From: a virus
DNA: 64,000 nt
IMG/VR virus record: IMGVR_UViG_3300010354_000070
Location: 6,807 to 70,806 of that record
Direction: 5' to 3' (one strand)
Both the position numbers and the translations under genes were made by a program. Below are positions 58,510 to 64,000 of this stretch, in pieces. Position 1 is the first letter of the stretch; the number at the start of each line of letters is the position of its first letter. The notes under the pieces are model-generated. The model was not told the DNA's origin. It saw only the letters and a program-made list of their open reading frames with translations, and did not search any database.

Positions 58510-60426
58510 TTATTCCTCTTCAATAGTCCTTATTAGATCGCCATTAGAATAACTTGAACGGTAGTATTCAGCAGTTGAAAAAACAACACCAGATGTGTCT
58601 TCTCCAGACGCTATCACATCCTTTACCATATTTATTTCACTTTTTGATATGTCAAATGTAACGTAAAGATCTTTCAATCCTATAATATCATTTGATTCGG
58701 GAAAAGCTTGAATTTCTATAATATCATCACTTAAAACAGTGGAAGTAATATTAATTGTATTAATTAAAATTTCACCAGTATCATATCTTACAATTCCTGC
58801 AGATTGAATTATTACCGGAGAATTTTCCAAAGTTACTGATGGTTTGCAGATTGACAAAATCCCTGTTTTTCCATCAGAATTTGGTGTATCGGTAAAATAT
58901 ACTGTGTCTGGGTAATCGAAAATAGTAAATCCTGTAGATTTTATATTATATCCTTTATCATTTATATGAAACTTATTACCAAAACAAAGTTCATATTGGG
59001 ACGGTTTATTGAGCATTGCTTTTAAATTTCTGCGAATTCTAACTCTAGTGATATTAGATGTAATTGATACATCGGTATTATCAATTACTTGTAATATTTT
59101 ACTATATTTAAATCGCCCCCCAAATTTATTTAAATCTATAGATTCAGAATATTTACTTAGATTTGATTTTATTTTTGATTTTAAGTTCAATACACTTCCA
59201 GTTTTTCCATAATCGTAATAAACAAATGACACCAATTCGACATAAAGTATTTTTGGGTCAATGATTGTCTGATTTATTCCAACTATACTGTATTGTTTTA
59301 ATTTAAGTAAAATTTGATTTTTATCAAAATCTGAAACAAATAATCCATTTTTTGGTTTAATACTAATTAAAACCGTTCCAAATTGTGGTGGATCCAGTTC
59401 TTCTCCACCAATTGCAGAAACAGATTCGGTATTTGGATATATTTTTGCTATTATAGTTTCATAATCACTACTCGTAACTGCTCTGTATTGAGAAGAATAA
59501 AATCTCGGTGCAAAATATTTGATTGAATTAATAGATTCAGAATCACTTCCATTTCTTGATTTTTGATTTGTCAGAACTGAAGAAATTGTAGGGACTATCG
59601 AAACATCATTTTGATCTCTGAAAGAACCCTGAAAAACAAAACTATCCACCCCGTTACCATCTTTTCCATCAGTTGTCAAATAATAAATCGTAATTACAGA
59701 CCCATTTTCTAATTTTTTACCAAAATAACCATCACCAAAAAGAAGTTCATATTTTTCATCCTGAACTTCTTGAATTAAATAAATTTGTGAAGATGGATTT
59801 ACCGTTATAATATTTTCAACTAAAGAATATTTCGATCCAATTCCACTATCTGCAGATCCCTTAACATAAACAACAATTGATTTTGTATCTATGTAGGGAT
59901 TATCCAAAATAAATCTTTGATCTAATGATCCATCTACAACAAAAGTTTTAGATAAAAATACTCCTTGATATATTTTTATGTTATTAAATGTTGCAACTCC
60001 ATTTATTACTGGTCTTGTGATATAGTCAGTTATTGCAAATGTATATGATACTTCTTTTGATTTTCCAACACAAACTAAATTTGGGAGTAGTGTAAGACTT
60101 GTAGTAGTTTGATCTCCGATTGATACTGTAGCAGTAAAAGAAACCTCAGCTTCAGATGCATTTCTTGAACGAGGAACATATCCAATATTTCTTGCTAAAG
60201 AAACAACATTTTCACGAACAGTTGCAGAATCTAAAAAAGATTCATTCACAGTCATATTTGCATTAAATGCTGTTATATATGTATTATACGCTAACGTATC
60301 AATTAAAACAGAAAAATTAGAACCTTCAAAATCAAAATCTGTAAAATTTGAGTTTGCACGAAGGTAATCTTTGATGGAAGTTTTAATTTGATCGAAATCT
60401 AAATTTGCAAATTGGGTAAAAGGCAT
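58510..60426 (-). CDS. gp6: Baseplate wedge subunit
   Basis: LDFDQIK..IKDYL...FTDFDFEGSN...LAYNTY...ESFLDSA, QYRAVTSSDY. Confidence 0.96.
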   Translation of the reverse strand: MPFTQFANLDFDQIKTSIKDYLRANSNFTDFDFEGSNFSVLIDTLAYNTYITAFNANMTVNESFLDSATVRENVVSLARNIGYVPRSRNASEAEVSFTATVSIGDQTTTSLTLLPNLVCVGKSKEVSYTFAITDYITRPVINGVATFNNIKIYQGVFLSKTFVVDGSLDQRFILDNPYIDTKSIVVYVKGSADSGIGSKYSLVENIITVNPSSQIYLIQEVQDEKYELLFGDGYFGKKLENGSVITIYYLTTDGKDGNGVDSFVFQGSFRDQNDVSIVPTISSVLTNQKSRNGSDSESINSIKYFAPRFYSSQYRAVTSSDYETIIAKIYPNTESVSAIGGEELDPPQFGTVLISIKPKNGLFVSDFDKNQILLKLKQYSIVGINQTIIDPKILYVELVSFVYYDYGKTGSVLNLKSKIKSNLSKYSESIDLNKFGGRFKYSKILQVIDNTDVSITSNITRVRIRRNLKAMLNKPSQYELCFGNKFHINDKGYNIKSTGFTIFDYPDTVYFTDTPNSDGKTGILSICKPSVTLENSPVIIQSAGIVRYDTGEILINTINITSTVLSDDIIEIQAFPESNDIIGLKDLYVTFDISKSEINMVKDVIASGEDTSGVVFSTAEYYRSSYSNGDLIRTIEEE

Positions 60427-60430
60427 TTTC

Positions 60431-60832
60431 TTATCTTGTTGCCTCTACAATAAAAGTGAACTGTTGTGTAGGAAATTCTTGTCCAATTATATCAAAGTTA
60501 ACAGTTACTTCAAATTCATTTCTGTCTGGTTTTGGATCTACTTCTACTTTTAAGTTTGATACTCTGGGTTCATAATTCAAAATTGTAATTTTGATTTGAT
60601 CTTCTATGACAGATGCTGTTGCAAAATCAACAAAATCAAATAAAGAAGAACGAACATCTGATCCCAAATTGAGATTAAAAAATCTTTCTTTTGGTATTGT
60701 TTCTACTAAATTGCGAATTGAGCGAGTAATTGCTCTTTCATTTATGAGTATTGGTAGATCCTTTGTCACAGGATGAGGTTCAAAGGATAGGCTAATATCT
60801 TTAAAAGATCTAGATATCCTTATATTTGTCAT
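60431..60832 (-). CDS. gp25: Baseplate wedge subunit
   Basis: FKDISLSF..HPVTKD, ERFFN..LGS, YEPRV; TATAAATA at 60861-60868. Confidence 0.95.
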   Translation of the reverse strand: MTNIRISRSFKDISLSFEPHPVTKDLPILINERAITRSIRNLVETIPKERFFNLNLGSDVRSSLFDFVDFATASVIEDQIKITILNYEPRVSNLKVEVDPKPDRNEFEVTVNFDIIGQEFPTQQFTFIVEATR

Positions 60833-60870
60833 TGAAAAAAATGGAAAAAATTTCTTAAGTTATTTATACC

Positions 60871-61113
60871 TTATTTCCAAAAGTTTCCATATGACGGTTC
60901 AGTTCCATATTCCCAATCATCATAATCATCATCATTTCTAATTTTTTCATGTAATTCAGTTTGTTTATTGAAATTATGTTTTGGGGCAGAATCATGCATA
61001 ATTTCTTGAATTATTCTTTTTTGTGGTAATGAATTATAGTCTGTGATTAATTCCTTAGTACCCCACATTTGATACATATAATTTTTATCACGATCTACGG
61101 GTAGGTTTGACAT
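60871..61113 (-). CDS. Hypothetical protein
   Basis: 80 aa with AGGAG RBS; preceded by a structured leader. Confidence 0.7.
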   Translation of the reverse strand: MSNLPVDRDKNYMYQMWGTKELITDYNSLPQKRIIQEIMHDSAPKHNFNKQTELHEKIRNDDDYDDWEYGTEPSYGNFWK

Positions 61114-61119
61114 TTTTTC

Positions 61120-61175
61120 TCCTGTTTTAATGAATAAAACAGAACTTTTATTATTGTGCGGTTCTATCGCACAAT
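61120..61175 (-). promoter_or_regulatory. Candidate cis-regulatory RNA (H-type pseudoknot versus RBS-sequestering hairpin)
   Basis: ATTGTGCG/CGCACAAT stem; loop ATAGAAC complementary to downstream GTTCTGT; competing stem TTCTGTTTTA/TAAAACAGGA. Confidence 0.55.
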
Positions 61176-61180
61176 TCTAT

Positions 61181-61507
61181 TTAACGTTCTATCTCTCTTA
61201 TTTGATAATTGTAAGAATTTAAGTATTTTAGTAATTGAATGGCAATTAATTTAGGATTTCCTTCTCCACAAGTATAAACATCAACTGCTAAACAACCATT
61301 TTCAGGCCATGTATGACAAGAAACATGACTTTCCGCAAGAGAAATTACAATTGTGCATCCCTGAGGAGTAAAACAATGGGAAAAAATATTTAAAATAGTC
61401 ATCTTTGCCCTTTCAATTCCCTTTTCCATTACTTCTTGAAGGGATATGGCGTCATTTAAAAGATTATAATCTACATTATACACCTCTAAAAGTAGGTGTT
61501 TTCCCAT
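61181..61507 (-). CDS. speD: S-adenosylmethionine decarboxylase family (pyruvoyl-dependent) proenzyme
   Basis: MGKHLLLE...F.PQG.T...LAESHVSCHTWPE...DVYTCG, with the E-S autocleavage site. Confidence 0.92.
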   Translation of the reverse strand: MGKHLLLEVYNVDYNLLNDAISLQEVMEKGIERAKMTILNIFSHCFTPQGCTIVISLAESHVSCHTWPENGCLAVDVYTCGEGNPKLIAIQLLKYLNSYNYQIREIER

Positions 61508-61542
61508 TGAAAAACGTTCCAATTCAGTTTTTTCCAAAAAAA

Positions 61543-62001
61543 TTATTTATTTCTGATTTTTTGGACCATTTCATAATCATTTTCAAGTATTTTTTTTAAA
61601 AAATTATCATCCCATAGGTCATAATAATTTGTTTTAGCTAAAATACGTCTCATTTTAGTTAAAAAATCGGCATTTTGATATAAAACTAAATTATAAAGTC
61701 CATTATTGGTTTGCTGTTTACCGATGAAACTTGATTCATCCTTAAAATCATCAAAAAATTTATATTTTGGATATAATTCATTTAATTTATCAATTTTTTT
61801 TAATGCATCTTTTAGATTTAAGTCATCTTCAACAATAAAAATAACGACACCAAACTCTTCTTCAAGAGGTTTAATGTCGTCAATGGAACATTTTATAATT
61901 TTATAAGTGCTTGTTTGTGCAAATGGGCAAATAGGATGTCCTTTTAGATCTGGATTACGTTGTTTAACTTTATTAATCCATTCTTCAAGGTCTTCTATCA
62001 T
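61543..62001 (-). CDS. Hypothetical protein (CPFA motif, DUF1415-like)
   Basis: WINKV...GHPICPFA...NLVLYQ...R..LAKTNYY..W. Confidence 0.65.
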   Translation of the reverse strand: MIEDLEEWINKVKQRNPDLKGHPICPFAQTSTYKIIKCSIDDIKPLEEEFGVVIFIVEDDLNLKDALKKIDKLNELYPKYKFFDDFKDESSFIGKQQTNNGLYNLVLYQNADFLTKMRRILAKTNYYDLWDDNFLKKILENDYEMVQKIRNK

Positions 62002-62150
62002 CCTTTACCTTGTCCTCTGTATTTTTTACCCGCAAAATTACGTGATGATGCAGAGTATTTTGTTCCTCCACCTTGCCCTTGACGAGATTTTTTAGGAGCA
62101 CCTGGTATATAATTTGTCTTGTTCAATCCACTTCCTTTTGATTTTGCCAT
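61998..62150 (-). CDS. Small Lys/Gly/Arg-rich basic protein (50 aa, not in ORF track)
   Basis: MAKSKGSGLNKTNYIPGAPKKSRQGQGGGTKYSASSRNFAGKKYRGQGKG; AGGAG RBS; ATGA overlap with the next gene. Confidence 0.75.
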   Translation of the reverse strand: MAKSKGSGLNKTNYIPGAPKKSRQGQGGGTKYSASSRNFAGKKYRGQGKG

Positions 62151-62152
62151 AA

Positions 62153-62311
62153 TTAATCTCCTATAATTTCTGTATCTAAATCTTCTGGTTTGGGTTTACC
62201 AGTATTATAATATTCAATTGCTAATTCTTCCATAGTATTCATATATTCTTCTTCAGAAAGATTTGAATATATTTTTCTCCCCTTACAAAGAATATTGTAA
62301 GTTTCTTTCAT
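62153..62311 (-). CDS. Small hypothetical protein (52 aa, not in ORF track)
   Basis: MKETYNILCKGRKIYSNLSEEEYMNTMEELAIEYYNTGKPKPEDLDTEIIGD; exactly fills the intergenic gap. Confidence 0.7.
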   Translation of the reverse strand: MKETYNILCKGRKIYSNLSEEEYMNTMEELAIEYYNTGKPKPEDLDTEIIGD

Positions 62312-62315
62312 TTTT

Positions 62316-63071
62316 TTAGATTACTCTGGTTTTTTCATGTCCAACACGAATTCTCGGATCGCACCAAATTTCAAATCCAGCTTCTTTTGCATCCAAACAA
62401 AAACTTACATCTTCTCCACACATATCCTGAACTTCTCCAGATTCAAACACCTGCATCTTAGGAGCAAACCACGGATATTTCATTTCTGAATGTTCAAATA
62501 CTCCGTGTTTAATTAAAAGCCAACCAAATCCAGTATAATCTACTGTAAATGGTTTTCTACGCTTTGAAATACTATCCAGAGTTTCGTGGTTCATTACTCC
62601 ACCGTTATTTCTAAAATCACCTTCTTCCAACCAATGTGCTACTGAAGTTGTGTGACCGTCTTCAGTACAATACCACCCTGCAGCAATATCTTTATCCACC
62701 AAAATCAATTGCCAGAATTTTTCGGTGTTAAAAACAATATCACTATCAATCCACAATTGATAATCATATTTTAGTTTCCCATCCCATGGAATTTGATCCG
62801 GTCCTCTTAGAACATTTGCACCAAGACACTTGCAACGTGCAAAATTAACCATAGATGAATAGTCTTGCGAAATCTGAATACTTGCTCCTGTTTGTACTAA
62901 ATCAAAACATAATTGAACGAAGTTTTTCAGGTAAGTATATGATACTCCTCTTCCAGGAAGACAAAAGACAATGGATTTCCCTTTTACCATTTCTTTTGCT
63001 AAATCATAATCCCATTCTTGTTCTTTTTGAACTGTAGGTGCTTTTGCTTTTACCGTAAATCCTTTTGCCAA
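62316..63071 (-). CDS. Glycosyltransferase family 2-like (GT-A fold) protein
   Basis: QLWIDSD (DxD), TGFGWLLIK, GEDVSFC, RVGHEK; TTG start with GGAGG RBS. Confidence 0.8.
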   Translation of the reverse strand: MAKGFTVKAKAPTVQKEQEWDYDLAKEMVKGKSIVFCLPGRGVSYTYLKNFVQLCFDLVQTGASIQISQDYSSMVNFARCKCLGANVLRGPDQIPWDGKLKYDYQLWIDSDIVFNTEKFWQLILVDKDIAAGWYCTEDGHTTSVAHWLEEGDFRNNGGVMNHETLDSISKRRKPFTVDYTGFGWLLIKHGVFEHSEMKYPWFAPKMQVFESGEVQDMCGEDVSFCLDAKEAGFEIWCDPRIRVGHEKTRVI

Positions 63072-63105
63072 AATTCATTCCTCCAACAAATTTCACTAAA
63101 ATTTT

Positions 63106-63134
63106 AGTATACAATATTATGTATAGGATGTCAA
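63106..63134 (-). promoter_or_regulatory. sigma70-type promoter
   Basis: TTGACA-N17-TATACT, overlapping the stop codon of the upstream ORF. Confidence 0.8.
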
Positions 63135-63301
63135 TTTTTTTCTTTTAGAATTACTTCGTTTCCATACATTTTGATTTCTATTTCAGTATCTTCATACCAA
63201 GAAAGATCATTCACCATCCATTCTGGAATAGTTATATAATAATTTCCAGTAATTGGGTCAATCTTCAATACCTCAAAATTTTTGTCGAAATTTTTTTTCA
63301 T
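63131..63301 (-). CDS. AbrB/MazE-like small DNA-binding protein (56 aa, not in ORF track)
   Basis: MKKNFDKNFEVLKIDPITGNYYITIPEWMVNDLSWYEDTEIEIKMYGNEVILKEKN; ITIP...L.W..D.EIEI....NEVIL swapped-hairpin pattern. Confidence 0.7.
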   Translation of the reverse strand: MKKNFDKNFEVLKIDPITGNYYITIPEWMVNDLSWYEDTEIEIKMYGNEVILKEKN

Positions 63302-63588
63302 GTAACGGATTTTACTTTTTGAAAATATTTTTTATATATAAAAATTTTTTTTATTAAAAGGTATTATGATGTTTTTACTCAGAAAAATTTTTTATTTTTG
63401 AAATAAAACACAGTCTATATTTACTTTTATAGATTACGGGGTCCCATCGTTTTTATATAACCCCCCCCCTTATAACCATTATAACCCCCTAACGACGGCG
63501 GCGCCGATATAAGAAACCCGCCAGGATTTAACTGCCAAACACGAACGAATGACTGCCCCCCACGAATAACGCAGGGGGCACATGTTCG

Positions 63589-63786
63589 TCACCCTTGCTG
63601 ACTGCGCCACCCGCTAATCGGGCAACGGGTAACATCGGCGGCATGAACTTCAGCGAACTGTGCTGCCCACACTGTAGCGGGGATGCCCACGGGGTCGCTG
63701 ATCTTCTCAAACTTGCTACCATCATTGCGGTAGCTGACCCACACGGTCTTGCGGTCAGCGAGGCGGGTAGCAGGGGAAAGACGCAT
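63589..63786 (-). CDS. Small hypothetical early protein (65 aa)
   Basis: MRLSPATRLADRKTVWV...; has its own promoter; GC-richer codons. Confidence 0.55.
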   Translation of the reverse strand: MRLSPATRLADRKTVWVSYRNDGSKFEKISDPVGIPATVWAAQFAEVHAADVTRCPISGWRSQQG

Positions 63787-63813
63787 TGGGTTGATTGCTT
63801 GTGAACTGAAAGA

Positions 63814-63869
63814 ATTATAGGGCATCCAGGGGGTCCTGTGAACCCCCTGGTTCATAAGTGTTGCTTATG
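63814..63869 (-). promoter_or_regulatory. Early-type promoter: palindrome, hairpin-embedded -35, and TATAAT
   Basis: CATAAG-N5-CTTATG; hairpin CCAGGGGGT/ACCCCCTGG; TTCACA-N17-TATAAT. Confidence 0.7.
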
Positions 63870-63999
63870 CGACCTGAAACCTCCCGAAGTTAAAGTTTGC
63901 ATAGCTGAAGGATTCACGATTGACCAGTTTGAACATGCCAAACTCATTGGACATCACATAACCTTCAGCATCAATCCTATCGGTGCCAATGTAAGCGGC
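63865..63999 (-). CDS. C-terminal end of a conserved phage protein (DUF6267-like), partial
   Basis: ...AEGYVMSNEFGMFKLVNRESFSYANFNFGRFQVA*. Confidence 0.65.
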   Translation of the reverse strand, partial: AAYIGTDRIDAEGYVMSNEFGMFKLVNRESFSYANFNFGRFQVA

Positions 64000-64000
64000 A

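Noticed and set aside
203-63804. Numerous plus-strand ORFs in the track (e.g. 2911-3399, 24081-24455, 51792-52097, 63595-63804)
   Set aside because: They are antisense shadows of well-supported minus-strand genes, with no motifs or RBS support.
1-64000. tRNA genes or stop-codon reassignment
   Set aside because: No cloverleaf or T-loop signature was noticed in the short intergenic gaps. Core genes are full length in the standard code and end in TAA, TGA and TAG.

Overview
A 64-kb AT-rich segment of a T4-like myophage, most likely a cyanomyophage, judging by gene order and by cobS-VWA, def, speD, VrlC-like and gp7-like genes. Every supported gene is on the minus strand. In transcription order (high to low coordinates) it contains: the GC-richer edge of an early/variable region; an AT-rich, origin-like boundary; a small accessory block (AbrB-like regulator, GT2-like protein, speD); baseplate gp25-gp6-gp7-gp8-VrlC; neck, terminase, tail and head genes gp13 to gp23 and gp3; recombination and late-transcription genes uvsY, uvsW, gp55, gp47 and gp46; def; VWA plus cobS; and replication genes gp45, gp44, dam, gp62 and regA. 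The most notable feature is uvsW, which is fractured into two ORFs by an HNH homing endonuclease. The two break ends carry extra peptides resembling the middle strands of a split intein but lacking all splicing residues, suggesting a possible non-covalent 'clasp'. Other candidates are a pseudoknot/RBS-sequestering RNA switch downstream of speD, an unannotated NblA-like small ORF, two different palindromes at the same position upstream of sigma70 -10 boxes, a lone plus-strand promoter next to gp55, and probable protease-processed polyproteins. No tRNA, rRNA or CRISPR array was seen. All family calls are from motif recognition and synteny, not database searches.
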